From assembly GCA_044229975.1 (NCBI GenBank), contig JBGARZ010000001.1, forward strand, positions 768,001 to 832,000: 64,000 bases of DNA, read 5' to 3'. Below are positions 50,347 through 59,582 of the stretch, piece by piece. Numbering within the stretch: the first letter of the stretch is position 1; each line of letters opens with the position of its first letter. The position numbers and the translations under genes are program-made. The notes beneath the pieces were generated by a model. That model searched no databases and was not told where the DNA came from. It saw nothing but the letters and a program-made list of their open reading frames with translations. Origin of the DNA: Polyangiales bacterium. GTDB lineage: Bacteria > Myxococcota_A > Polyangia > Polyangiales > Ga0077539.

Positions 50347-51903
50347 GTGAAGCGCACCGGGTTGGCGACGTTGATGATGCTCGCGATGAGCTGCGAGGTG
50401 CCGCGCACGGAGATCGTCGCGCGCATCGAATCCGAGGTCGCCTGGGGCAGTGGCGAAGCGCTCCAGTCGTTGGCCATCAGCGTGCGGAGGGTCGGCCCCG
50501 ATGGTCCGCTGCGCAGCGCGCGTGTCACCGCGCTCGGAACGGAGACGGGCCGCGCCCAGCTACCGTTCGCGGTGGGTTTGATCGCGGCCGACGACGAGGT
50601 CGACGACCCGGTCTGGATCGAGGTGCTCGGCTGCCCTGGCCCCAATGGCTGCGAGCCCACGACGGCGAGGGTGATGCAGCGGGCGGTGGTGCGCTTCACC
50701 CGCGGCCGCACCGAGGAGCTTCCGCTGCTGCTGGCGTCCGCGTGCCTCGACGTGCGGTGCGCGAGCAACGAGCGATGCAACGTGGACATGGGCCGCTGCG
50801 AGCTCGCCACGCGCGCCCAGGAGATGCTGCAACCGCTCGGGTCGGTGGACGCCGCCGTCGCGAGCGATCGCCCGATGGTCAACGACCGACCCGTCGCGAT
50901 GGACGTGGGACCGACCGACAGCGGGCAGACCGACGCGCCCGTCGACGTCGCTGCGATGGACCGCGTCGCAACCATCGACCGGCCTGCGGTGATGGATGTC
51001 CCCGTCGATGCGGGCGTACGAGATGTGCCTCCCGTCGACCTTGGCGTGGTCGATGTTGGAGCGCGCGACGTGCCTCCGGTCGACGTGGGTTCGCCCGACA
51101 CGGGCGGGCGCGACGTGCCGCCCGTCGACGTGGGGAGCCCAGACAGCGGGATGAGGGATGTTCCGCCGGTCGACGCGGGGACGCCGTGCGTGTCGCCGCG
51201 GGTGACGTGCGGCGGGGCGTGCGTCGACCTGATGAGCGACACGACGCACTGCGGGGCGTGCGGTGCCGGGTGCCGCGCGGGCGGGTGGTGCGCGGCGGGG
51301 CGGTGCTACGCGGGCGAGCGCTACGCGGTCACGCAACCGTCGACGGTGGCGGTTCCGTACCTCGACGTGTGCGGCGAGCCTGGCGCGGTTCGGGTGCTCA
51401 TGAGCTCGGACGACGAGTCGGTGTCGATGCCGCTGCCCTTCGCGACGCGCTGGTGGGGTGCGCCCCTCGCCTCCGGAGCGACCATGGTCGTTGCGGTCAA
51501 CGGTGCGATCAGCGTTGGCGGGACGTCGGGGCTCTTCCCGGTGTACCAGGCGATTCCGGATACGCGGGTGCCCAACGGGGTGATCGCGGTGCATTGGGCG
51601 GATCTGTTCAACACGGCGGGCGGGACCTGCGTGGCGGCGGTGGGCGCTGCGCCGACGCGCCGCTGGGTGGTGCAGTGGGTCAACACGGCCATCCGCGGCG
51701 TGACCAGCAACCTCAGCTTCGAGGTGATCGTGCACGAAGGCAGCGGGGTCATCGAGTTTGCGTACGGGTCCCTGAGCGATAGCGGCGCCGCCATCGGACT
51801 GGAGAACCCCACTGGCACCGAAGTGGCCAGCGGCTGCATCGGCACGACCATCCCGTGCGAAGTGACCAGCAACGCGCGGCTCCGCTTCACGCCAGCGGAG
51901 TGA
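50347..51903 (+). CDS. Lipoprotein with RDVPPVD linker repeats, one MXAN_6577-like Cys unit and a C-terminal NIDO-like domain
   Basis: LAMSC lipobox; DTTHCGACG; DDESVSMPLPF...NG...IAVHWADL...VVQW...FEVIV...IEFAYG; start 50338 or 50347. Confidence 0.78.
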   Translation: MKRTGLATLMMLAMSCEVPRTEIVARIESEVAWGSGEALQSLAISVRRVGPDGPLRSARVTALGTETGRAQLPFAVGLIAADDEVDDPVWIEVLGCPGPNGCEPTTARVMQRAVVRFTRGRTEELPLLLASACLDVRCASNERCNVDMGRCELATRAQEMLQPLGSVDAAVASDRPMVNDRPVAMDVGPTDSGQTDAPVDVAAMDRVATIDRPAVMDVPVDAGVRDVPPVDLGVVDVGARDVPPVDVGSPDTGGRDVPPVDVGSPDSGMRDVPPVDAGTPCVSPRVTCGGACVDLMSDTTHCGACGAGCRAGGWCAAGRCYAGERYAVTQPSTVAVPYLDVCGEPGAVRVLMSSDDESVSMPLPFATRWWGAPLASGATMVVAVNGAISVGGTSGLFPVYQAIPDTRVPNGVIAVHWADLFNTAGGTCVAAVGAAPTRRWVVQWVNTAIRGVTSNLSFEVIVHEGSGVIEFAYGSLSDSGAAIGLENPTGTEVASGCIGTTIPCEVTSNARLRFTPAE

Positions 51904-52076
51904 GGGCGGCGGGTCAGAGATCGCGGCGGGCTTCTCGGAGCGCCCGCCCACGCCCGCAGTCGCCTGTCATCCCCACGAGCTGATCCTCCCGCCGCGGCAT
52001 CGCCCCTTCGCGCCGCGTCCCATCGCGCCCCGCCTCTCCCCATCCGTTGGCGCTCCGTGGTACCCGCTTGTCCACG

Positions 52077-54077
52077 ATGAAGCCCATCCTCCCCGCGGCC
52101 CTCTTCGCACTCCTCTCGGCGTCTCTCGGTTGCAGCGACCCCGCGCCCGCGACCAACCCCGACGCCGCCGTCCGTGCCGACGCCGCGACCGACGCCGCGG
52201 TCACGCCCACCGACTCGGGCGGCCCGCGTCCCGAGTGCAACCCGTTGGGCTTCCCCGAGACCTGCCTGCTCCCTTTCCCCAGCGCCTACTACCAATCTGC
52301 CAATGGGCAGCTCGCGCTCCCCGCCGCGGCCATGCCCGTGTCCACCGGGCGCACCTCCAACGGCGGCGACCCCACCGCCATCAACCCCGCCCCCTGGAAC
52401 CGCCACGACGGCTTCTCCCCCTCCGCCGGCCTCGTCGCGTACTTCCCCGAGCGCGTCGACCCCGCCACCCTCGTCGGCCACCCCGATCTCGCACGCTCCC
52501 TCACCGCCGACGCCTCCACGGCCATCGTCGACATGGCCACCGGCCAGCGCGTCCTGCACTTCGCCGAGGTCGACGTCACCGCCCGCGAAGGCCGCCTGCA
52601 GACCGTCATCATCCGCCCCGCCGTGCGCCTCCTGCCCGGTCACCGCTACGCCGTCGCCATCACCACCGCCGCCCGCGCCGTCGGCGGCGCCGCGCTCTCC
52701 GTCCCGCCCGGCTTCAACGCCGTCCGCTCGGGCAACACCTCCGGTGATTCACGCCTCGCTCGCGTCGCGCCCCGCTACACCGAGATCTTCGCCGCCCTCG
52801 ACCGCGCCGGCATCGCCCGCGACTCGCTCGCCCTCGCGTGGGACTTCACCACGGCCTCCGAGCGCTGGCTCACCGGACCCGTCGTCACCATGCGCGACGC
52901 CGCCCTCACCATGGTCGGCGAACGCGGTCTCGGCTTCACCGTCGCGCAGGTCGAGGAGGACTTCAATGTCAACATCCTCCGCCGCATCTCCGGCACCATC
53001 CGCGTCCCATCCTTCATCGAAGGAACCGGCGACGACGCCCGCATCAGCCGCAACCCCGACGGCACTCCGCGCTTCGTGGCGGTGGTGGATGTTCCCTTCG
53101 TGGCGATGGTGCCGCGCAGCGCGATGACCCGCGGACCGCTGCCCCTCATCCAGTTCGGTCACGGCCTCCTCGGGTCGGCGGCGGGTGAGCTCGGCGGCCC
53201 GATGGACACCGGCAACTACATGCAGCGGTTCATCAACGACCAGGGCTTCGTGGTCATCGCCACCAACTGGACGGGCTTGAGCTTCGCCGACGTCACCACC
53301 GCCATCCACGCCCTCTCGGACTTCAACTACCTCCCCGCCGTCACCGAGCGCCTCCAGCAGTCGCTCGTCAACGCGATGGTGCTCTACCGCACCGGCCGCG
53401 CGCAGTTCGGTGACAACCCTGCGTTCCAGGTCGGCGGTCGCTCCGCCTTCGACCCGACGCGCGCCTACTACTACGGCATCTCCCTCGGCGGCATCATGGG
53501 AACCGCCTTCATGGGCTACTCCCCCGACTGCACCCGCGGCGCGCTCAACGTCCCCGGCGGCAACTGGTCCCTCCTGCTCCAGCGCTCGTCCAACTTCGCG
53601 CTCTACTCCCTCGCCTTCAACGACTACACCGACTCCGCCGAGCAGCAGGTGCTCTTCAATCTGGCCCAGTCGTTCTTCGATGCGAGCGACCCGGTCAACG
53701 TGGCGCCGCACCTCCTCGCCGATCGCCTTCCGGGCGTCCCCGAGAAGACCCTCCTCTTTCAGGAAGCCGTCAACGACGGCGCGGTGAACAACCTCGCCAC
53801 CGAGATGGTTCTCCGCAGCGCCAACGTCCCGCTGCTCATCCCCACTCCGCGCATGCCCTACGGGTTTACCACCACCATGGGCCCCGCTCCGTCGGCGCTC
53901 ACCATCTGGGACGAACACCCCACCAACCCGCCCGCCGGCACCAACCAGCCCGCCTCCGACAACCCCACCCACGGAACGCTCCGCCGACTGCCCGCGGTCA
54001 TCCGCCAGACGGCCGCCTTCCTCACCCCGACGGGCGTGGTCACCAACACCTGCGACGGCGCCTGCGACCCCGAGTGA
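52077..54077 (+). CDS. Lipoprotein alpha/beta hydrolase (extracellular lipase-like)
   Basis: ASLGC lipobox; CLLPFPS, DGFSP, FGHGLLG, YYGISLGGIMG nucleophile motif, late His (NPTHG). Confidence 0.82.
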   Translation: MKPILPAALFALLSASLGCSDPAPATNPDAAVRADAATDAAVTPTDSGGPRPECNPLGFPETCLLPFPSAYYQSANGQLALPAAAMPVSTGRTSNGGDPTAINPAPWNRHDGFSPSAGLVAYFPERVDPATLVGHPDLARSLTADASTAIVDMATGQRVLHFAEVDVTAREGRLQTVIIRPAVRLLPGHRYAVAITTAARAVGGAALSVPPGFNAVRSGNTSGDSRLARVAPRYTEIFAALDRAGIARDSLALAWDFTTASERWLTGPVVTMRDAALTMVGERGLGFTVAQVEEDFNVNILRRISGTIRVPSFIEGTGDDARISRNPDGTPRFVAVVDVPFVAMVPRSAMTRGPLPLIQFGHGLLGSAAGELGGPMDTGNYMQRFINDQGFVVIATNWTGLSFADVTTAIHALSDFNYLPAVTERLQQSLVNAMVLYRTGRAQFGDNPAFQVGGRSAFDPTRAYYYGISLGGIMGTAFMGYSPDCTRGALNVPGGNWSLLLQRSSNFALYSLAFNDYTDSAEQQVLFNLAQSFFDASDPVNVAPHLLADRLPGVPEKTLLFQEAVNDGAVNNLATEMVLRSANVPLLIPTPRMPYGFTTTMGPAPSALTIWDEHPTNPPAGTNQPASDNPTHGTLRRLPAVIRQTAAFLTPTGVVTNTCDGACDPE

Positions 54078-55438
54078 GCACCATGCAAGCGCCCCTCTGC
54101 CCGGGCCACCTGCCCCTCGTCGGCAACCTCTACTCCATGCGCACCGCGCCCCTCGCCACGCTCACCCGGGCGCTGCGCGAAAACGGCGACATCTCGCGCG
54201 TGGAGTTTCCCAACAACAACCACGGACACTTCCTCTTCCACCCCGACCACGTGCGCGCGGTCCTCGTCGACCACGCGAAGCAGGTGAGCAAGGACACCCC
54301 GGGCTTCTCTGCGCTTCGGTTGGTTCTCGGCAATGGGCTCGTCACCAGTGACGGGGCGTTCTGGCTACGGCAGCGGCGCATCGCGCAGCCGGCGTTTCAC
54401 CGCGCGAAGATCTTCGCCCTCGGGGCGCGCATGGTGGAGTTCACGAAGCACACCGCCGACGAATGGGCCGTCGCCGTGCAGTCGGGCGAGCGGGTCGACG
54501 TGGCCGCCGCGATGATGAAGCTCACGCTGCGCGTGGTGGCCGACACCATGTTGGGCCAGGACGTCGAGAAGGACGCGGCGGGCGTCGGGGTCGCCATCAC
54601 GTATCTGTTGCACGCGCTCAACGAGCGCATCGTTCGGCCGTGGCTGCCGCCGCTGACGTGGCCGACGCCGCGCAACCGTCGCTTCATGGCGGCGCGCGAC
54701 TCGGTGGCGAAGGTCATCGAGGCGGCCATCGTGCAGAAGCGCGCCAACCCCGACGCGCCGGGCGGAGAGTTTCTGCGGATGCTCATCGACGCGCGCGACG
54801 AAGAGACCGGCGAGGCGATGAACGACCAGCAGCTCCTCGACGAGGTGGCGACGATCTTCGCGGCGGGCCACGAGACGACCGCCAACCTGCTCGCGTGGAC
54901 ATGGTCGTGGCTGTCGCGAATGCCGCACGTCCGGCGGCGCATGGTGGAGGAGCTCGACGCCGTGCTGGGTGATCGCGACGCGACGGCCGACGACTACGCG
55001 AAGCTGCCGTACACGCGCGCCGTGCTGGCCGAGTCGCTGCGGCTGACCCCGGTGGTGTGGATCGCCTCGCGGCGTGTGCTGGAGGACATCCCGCTGGGCG
55101 AGTACACGCTGCCAAAGGGGTCACTGGCGTTTCTGTCGCCGTATGCGACGCACCGGCATCCGGCGTTCTGGGAAAACCCCGAGGGCTTTGATCCGGAGCG
55201 CTTCATGGACGGCGCGGAGAAGGGGCGTCCGACGCTGGCGTACTTCCCCTTCGGCGCGGGGCCGCGGAAGTGCATCGGGGATACGTTCGCGCTGATGGAG
55301 GCCACGCTGGTGATGGCGACGCTGGCGCGGCGCTTCGAGCTCGAACTCCCACCGGGCATGGTGCCCGTGCCCGAGCCGGTCATCACGATGCGCCCGAAGG
55401 GCGGACTGTCGATGCGGGTGCGCGAACGGCGGGGGTGA
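54074..55438 (+). CDS. Cytochrome P450
   Basis: AAGHETT I-helix, ESLR, FDPERF, PFGAGPRKCIG heme motif. Confidence 0.96.
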   Translation: MSTMQAPLCPGHLPLVGNLYSMRTAPLATLTRALRENGDISRVEFPNNNHGHFLFHPDHVRAVLVDHAKQVSKDTPGFSALRLVLGNGLVTSDGAFWLRQRRIAQPAFHRAKIFALGARMVEFTKHTADEWAVAVQSGERVDVAAAMMKLTLRVVADTMLGQDVEKDAAGVGVAITYLLHALNERIVRPWLPPLTWPTPRNRRFMAARDSVAKVIEAAIVQKRANPDAPGGEFLRMLIDARDEETGEAMNDQQLLDEVATIFAAGHETTANLLAWTWSWLSRMPHVRRRMVEELDAVLGDRDATADDYAKLPYTRAVLAESLRLTPVVWIASRRVLEDIPLGEYTLPKGSLAFLSPYATHRHPAFWENPEGFDPERFMDGAEKGRPTLAYFPFGAGPRKCIGDTFALMEATLVMATLARRFELELPPGMVPVPEPVITMRPKGGLSMRVRERRG

Positions 55439-55492
55439 GGGGTCGGCCAACTGCGCAGGGTCGGCAGGGCACGCAACGATCTGGTGTGCAGT

Positions 55493-55534
55493 CGCCGGGC
55501 CCACGCCGCGGCGTCAGCGCGGCGCGCAACGGTC
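55493..55534. repeat. Left arm of the inverted repeat flanking the DUF1801 gene
   Basis: CGCCGGGCCCACGCCGCGGCGTCAGCGCGGCGCGCAACGGTC; 55497-55534 is the exact reverse complement of 55958-55995. Confidence 0.92.
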
Positions 55535-55883
55535 AGGTGTGCAGCGCGGCGAGCGCCACCGCGACCCGCTCGATGAGCTCGTACGGGATGGGCTTCGCGT
55601 AGACGAAGTTCAGGGAGTCCTTCGCCGCGCGGTAGGGCGCGATCTCCGCTTCGAGCGCGTCGTCGAGCTTCCCCACCGGGTACACGCCGAGGTGCTTCTT
55701 CCACGCCGCGAAGTGGATCGCGTACCGCCCGCCGAGCATCACCGCGGGCATCCCGTAGCGCACCCGCTCCTCGCCTCCTGGGACGGCGCGGAGCAGGGCC
55801 GCGCGCACCTGTTCGAGCATCACCCGGACGTCGTCGGTGAATGATGCGATGTACGCGTCAACGGTCTCGATCTTCGCTGCCAT
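55533..55883 (-). CDS. DUF1801 (YdhG-like) protein
   Basis: TVDAYIASF, ERVRYGMPA, HFAAWKKHLGVYP, KPIPYELIERV. Confidence 0.9.
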   Translation of the reverse strand: MAAKIETVDAYIASFTDDVRVMLEQVRAALLRAVPGGEERVRYGMPAVMLGGRYAIHFAAWKKHLGVYPVGKLDDALEAEIAPYRAAKDSLNFVYAKPIPYELIERVAVALAALHT

Positions 55884-55957
55884 CGGGCGAGCGGTAGTCG
55901 AACGCAGCGAGCGCGTCGAGATCCTGCGAGAGATCGGCGGGCGGGGGCTGCAAGCCG

Positions 55958-56000
55958 GACCGTTGCGCGCCGCGCTGACGCCGCGGCGTGGGCCCCGGCG
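55958..56000. repeat. Right arm of the inverted repeat flanking the DUF1801 gene
   Basis: GACCGTTGCGCGCCGCGCTGACGCCGCGGCGTGGGCCCCGGCG, 3 nt after the ybeY stop. Confidence 0.92.
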
Positions 56001-56003
56001 CCC

Positions 56004-56471
56004 CTACGCCCCGCGCTTCGCCCGCGTCTCCGCCCGTCGGATCACGCCCAGCATCCGGTCGGTCTCCGCCCGCATGCGCTTGTCGTCGGCGTCGGTCTGG
56101 TGGTCCCACCCGAGGAGGTGCAGCAGCCCGTGCGCGAGCAGCATCATCACCTCGTCGCGCGTCGCCACGCCGCGCTCCTTCGCCTGCCGCGTCGCCGTCT
56201 CCAGCGAGATGATCACGTCCCCCAGCAGATCACCCGCCAGGTGGCCGTCGTCGCCCTCGCGCATCGCAAACGCGAGGACGTCGGTGGGCTTGTTCTTCTT
56301 GCGGTAGTCGCGGTTGAGCGCGTGGATCGTCGCGTCGTCGCACAGCAGCACCGACAGCTCCGCCTTCGGCAGCTTCAGCGCCCGCAGCATCGCCTCGGAC
56401 GCCGCCCGCACCTCCGCGCTCGACACCACCCGCGACCTCGTCTCCGCCCGGGACACCTCGACGCGCATCAC
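56004..56471 (-). CDS. ybeY: rRNA maturation endoribonuclease YbeY
   Basis: LNRDYRKKNKPTDVLAF, LGDVIIS, HGLLHLLGWDH. Confidence 0.96.
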   Translation of the reverse strand: MMRVEVSRAETRSRVVSSAEVRAASEAMLRALKLPKAELSVLLCDDATIHALNRDYRKKNKPTDVLAFAMREGDDGHLAGDLLGDVIISLETATRQAKERGVATRDEVMMLLAHGLLHLLGWDHQTDADDKRMRAETDRMLGVIRRAETRAKRGA

Positions 56472-56481
56472 CGACCTCCGC

Positions 56482-57591
56482 TCATCGCCGCAACGCCACC
56501 GCGGCCAGCACCCCGAGCACCCCGAGCACCGCGAGGCCCATCGCGATGAAGCGCCCCGGGCCCGCCGACCTGGGCGCCGCCACCGCCGCCAGCGGCGCCG
56601 TCACGGCCGCCGAAGCCGGCGCCGCCACCGACCCGCGCGTCACCAACGGAACCGGCGCCTCCGCGACCACCACCGGCTGCAGCCCGCGCTCCAGCGCCGC
56701 GAGAAACTCGCCCGCGTTGGCGAAGCGGTCGTCGGGGCGCAGGCTGAGCGCGCGGTCGATGAGGTCTTCCCACGCGCCCACGTCGACGCCCAGGCGGCCG
56801 GGGGTCGGGCGGTTGGAGCTCAGCGCCTCGCTGTACAGCGCGATCATGTCGGCCGACGAATACGCCGCGCGGTCGGTGAGCACCTCGGTGAGCAACAACC
56901 CGAGCGCGTGCACGTCCGTCCACGGTCCGGTGCGCGCGCCGCTGAGCTGCTCGGGGGCCGCGTAGCGCGGCGAGAACGTCAGGTTGAGCGACGTCGACCG
57001 GCTGGCGCCGCTGCCCGCGACCTCGTCGGGCTGCATGGCCTTCGCGATGCCGAAGTCGAGCAGGCGCATGCGACCCGTCGCGCGCTCGATGATGAAGTTG
57101 GCGGGCTTCAGGTCGCGGTGCGCGATGCCCAGCGCGTGGGCCGCCTGCACCGCCTCGAAGAGCGGGCGCAGCAGCGCGAGCGTCTCGGCCGGGGGACGGC
57201 CGCCCTGCGCGCGGCGGCGGTTGAGCACCTCCTCCAGGGTCTCGCCGTCGATCCATTCGAGCGCGATGAAGGCCACGCCTACGCCGCGCGGGAGCTTCGT
57301 GGTGCCGAAGTCCGCGACCTGCACCACCACCGGGTGCCGGATGGTCGCGATGATCTTCGCCTCCTGGGTGAAGCGCTCGAAGAAGTGTTGCAGCTCGGTC
57401 GAGGCGTTGAGCCCCTCCGGGGCCCGCAGGAGCTTGAGCGCCAGGTCGGCCCCCGAGCGCGCGTCGCGGGCCTTGTAGACCACCCCGAAGCCCCCCTCGG
57501 CGACGAAGCGCTCCAGGGTGTAGTGGCCTTCGAGGGTGACCCCCTCCAGGGAGAGGAGGTCCTTCTTCTGGGCTCTCGGTTGGGCGACCAT
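56482..57591 (-). CDS. Hanks-type Ser/Thr protein kinase with C-terminal TM anchor
   Basis: EGGFGVVY, ALK, HRDLKPAN, DFG, YAAPEQ; start ATG 57591 or GTG 57612. Confidence 0.93.
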   Translation of the reverse strand: MVAQPRAQKKDLLSLEGVTLEGHYTLERFVAEGGFGVVYKARDARSGADLALKLLRAPEGLNASTELQHFFERFTQEAKIIATIRHPVVVQVADFGTTKLPRGVGVAFIALEWIDGETLEEVLNRRRAQGGRPPAETLALLRPLFEAVQAAHALGIAHRDLKPANFIIERATGRMRLLDFGIAKAMQPDEVAGSGASRSTSLNLTFSPRYAAPEQLSGARTGPWTDVHALGLLLTEVLTDRAAYSSADMIALYSEALSSNRPTPGRLGVDVGAWEDLIDRALSLRPDDRFANAGEFLAALERGLQPVVVAEAPVPLVTRGSVAAPASAAVTAPLAAVAAPRSAGPGRFIAMGLAVLGVLGVLAAVALRR

Positions 57592-57691
57592 TGGCGGCGG
57601 CGACGCTATCACGCGCTTGCTTGAGCGGGACCAATCCTGCGATCGTCCCGGCCATCCTCACCCCTCTCCCTGACGATTCCATGGAGCGACG

Positions 57692-59566
57692 ATGAAGCTC
57701 GAAGCCTTGTTTGCGCATTTCAAGCTGAACGGCTCCGACATCCAGGCCGACGTGCTGCGTGTGCGGATCGTCGAGGGGCTGTCGGAGCTGTTCGAGGTCG
57801 ACGCGGTGCTCACCCTCCCGGTCGCGGACCTCTCCGGCATGGAGCCCGGCGCCGCCTGCACCGTCGTCGTCTCGCGCGGCATCGACGACTCCAACGTGCG
57901 CTCGATCCACGGGATCATCCAGAGTGTCGAGCAGCTCGACGAGGGCGACGGCCGCTCCCTCGACCGACCGCTCGTGCACGTGCGCGTCGTCCCGCGCCTG
58001 TGGCGCACCTCGCTCGTGCGGCAGACCCGCCTGTTCGAGAAGCTGACGATCGACGAGGTGATCAAGAAGGTGCTGCTCGAGGACGGCCTGGAGGCCTTCG
58101 ACGGCCGCGCCGACCCGTCCACCCAGCACGAACTGCTGGTGCAGTACGACGAGAGCGACCTCGACTTCGTGTCGCGCCTGTTGGAGGACGCCGGCGTCAC
58201 CCACTTCTTTGACCAGTCGGGCGCCAGGGAGAAGTGGAAGCTCGTCGACGCCAACGCCGACAAGACGTCCCTCGGCCAGCCCCGCCCGCTCACCTGGACC
58301 GTCCGGCAGGATGGTCAGTCCGACGACGAGGGGGTCGTGCGAGCGGGCCGCCGCGACGGCATGGGTTCGACCCAGGCCAAGACCACCGACACCGACCGCC
58401 GCGTGGCGCGGGAGCCGATGCACAGCCAGGCGAAGGCGAAGGGGACGGTGTTCGCGCGCGAGTGGCGCGAGCCGTGGCGCCTCGGCGTGAAGAAGCACAG
58501 CGACCTCGCGAAGCAGCTCCTCGACGAGGGCGGCCCCGAGCGCAGCTCGTACTGGATGGAGACCAGCGACATCCAGCTCCGGGCGGGCGAGCTGGTGGAC
58601 GCCGAGCTGTCGCAGGGTGACGCGGTGGCGGGCACCGTCACCAAGCTGTTGATCGTGCGCGTCGAGCACGAGGTCGAGATGGCCGAGGACTTCCTCGTCT
58701 ACCGCAACCGCGCCGAGGCCGTGACGCTGGACAAGCCGTTTCGCCCGGCGCGGGTCACGCCGCGGCCGACCATCCTCGCGCCGCAGACCGGCATCGTGAA
58801 GCGCTTCCTCGACAGCCAGGGCCTGGAGGTCGAGGTGCTCATGGACTGGAACGAACAGACGCTGGCGATTCCCGTGCGGGTGCCGCAGCCCATCGCCCAC
58901 AAGAACCACGGCGCCGTGATGCTGCCGCACATCGGCACCGAGGTGCTGGTGCACTTCATCGACGGCGTCCCCGAGCGCCCGGTGCTGCTCGGGGCGCTCT
59001 ACAACATGGATCACCCCACCCCGGTCGACCCGAAGGCCAAGCCGTACACCACGCACCTCGCGATGCTGGGCGCCCGCGGCACCACCAACACCATCGACGT
59101 CGACGACAACACGAAGGACGCGGAGAAGACCACCATGGTGGTCATCAACGACGTGGACGTGACCGTCGGCCGCCACGAGCTGTGGACGGTGAAGGGCAAC
59201 GTCACCGAAGACCTGCAGAAGGACGTGAAGGTCGACGTCGGCGGCAAGCGCACCAGCGCGGTGGTGGGCGACGAGCAGTACAAGACCGACGGCGCCGTCA
59301 CCATCACGGTGGCGAAGACCGGGCGTGTTCAGGTCAACCAGTCGCTCCAGATGACGGCTGACACCAAGCTGTCGCTCATCAGCGGCAACACCCGCGCGGA
59401 CTTCTCGCCGAGCGCCGCGAAGATCACCGTCGGCGGCTCGGTGATCGAGATGACCGCGAGCGCCATCAAGATCACCTCCGGGCAGAGCACCATCGAGGTC
59501 GGCCCGACCATCAAGATCACCTCGCCGCTGGTCTCCATCAACAACGGCTCGCTCGACGTCGTCTGA
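57692..59566 (+). CDS. vgrG: VgrG-like spike protein (T6SS/contractile injection system)
   Basis: EGLSELFEVD, QYDESDLDFVSRLLEDAG, PFRPARVTPRP, LPHIGTEVLVHFIDGVPERPVLLGALYN, C-terminal gp5-like beta-repeats. Confidence 0.9.
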   Translation: MKLEALFAHFKLNGSDIQADVLRVRIVEGLSELFEVDAVLTLPVADLSGMEPGAACTVVVSRGIDDSNVRSIHGIIQSVEQLDEGDGRSLDRPLVHVRVVPRLWRTSLVRQTRLFEKLTIDEVIKKVLLEDGLEAFDGRADPSTQHELLVQYDESDLDFVSRLLEDAGVTHFFDQSGAREKWKLVDANADKTSLGQPRPLTWTVRQDGQSDDEGVVRAGRRDGMGSTQAKTTDTDRRVAREPMHSQAKAKGTVFAREWREPWRLGVKKHSDLAKQLLDEGGPERSSYWMETSDIQLRAGELVDAELSQGDAVAGTVTKLLIVRVEHEVEMAEDFLVYRNRAEAVTLDKPFRPARVTPRPTILAPQTGIVKRFLDSQGLEVEVLMDWNEQTLAIPVRVPQPIAHKNHGAVMLPHIGTEVLVHFIDGVPERPVLLGALYNMDHPTPVDPKAKPYTTHLAMLGARGTTNTIDVDDNTKDAEKTTMVVINDVDVTVGRHELWTVKGNVTEDLQKDVKVDVGGKRTSAVVGDEQYKTDGAVTITVAKTGRVQVNQSLQMTADTKLSLISGNTRADFSPSAAKITVGGSVIEMTASAIKITSGQSTIEVGPTIKITSPLVSINNGSLDVV

Positions 59567-59582
59567 GCGCCGACGTCGGCGG

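Noticed and set aside
48545..55438. Secondary-metabolite or polysaccharide gene cluster around DegT and P450
   Set aside because: No PKS/NRPS, glycosyltransferase or nucleotide-sugar genes, and the two genes are on opposite strands.
55493..56000. Autonomous insertion sequence
   Set aside because: The cargo is DUF1801 rather than a transposase, and no target-site duplication is visible.
57692..59566. Complete T6SS, eCIS or prophage tail locus
   Set aside because: No sheath, tube, baseplate, PAAR or phage genes in the window.
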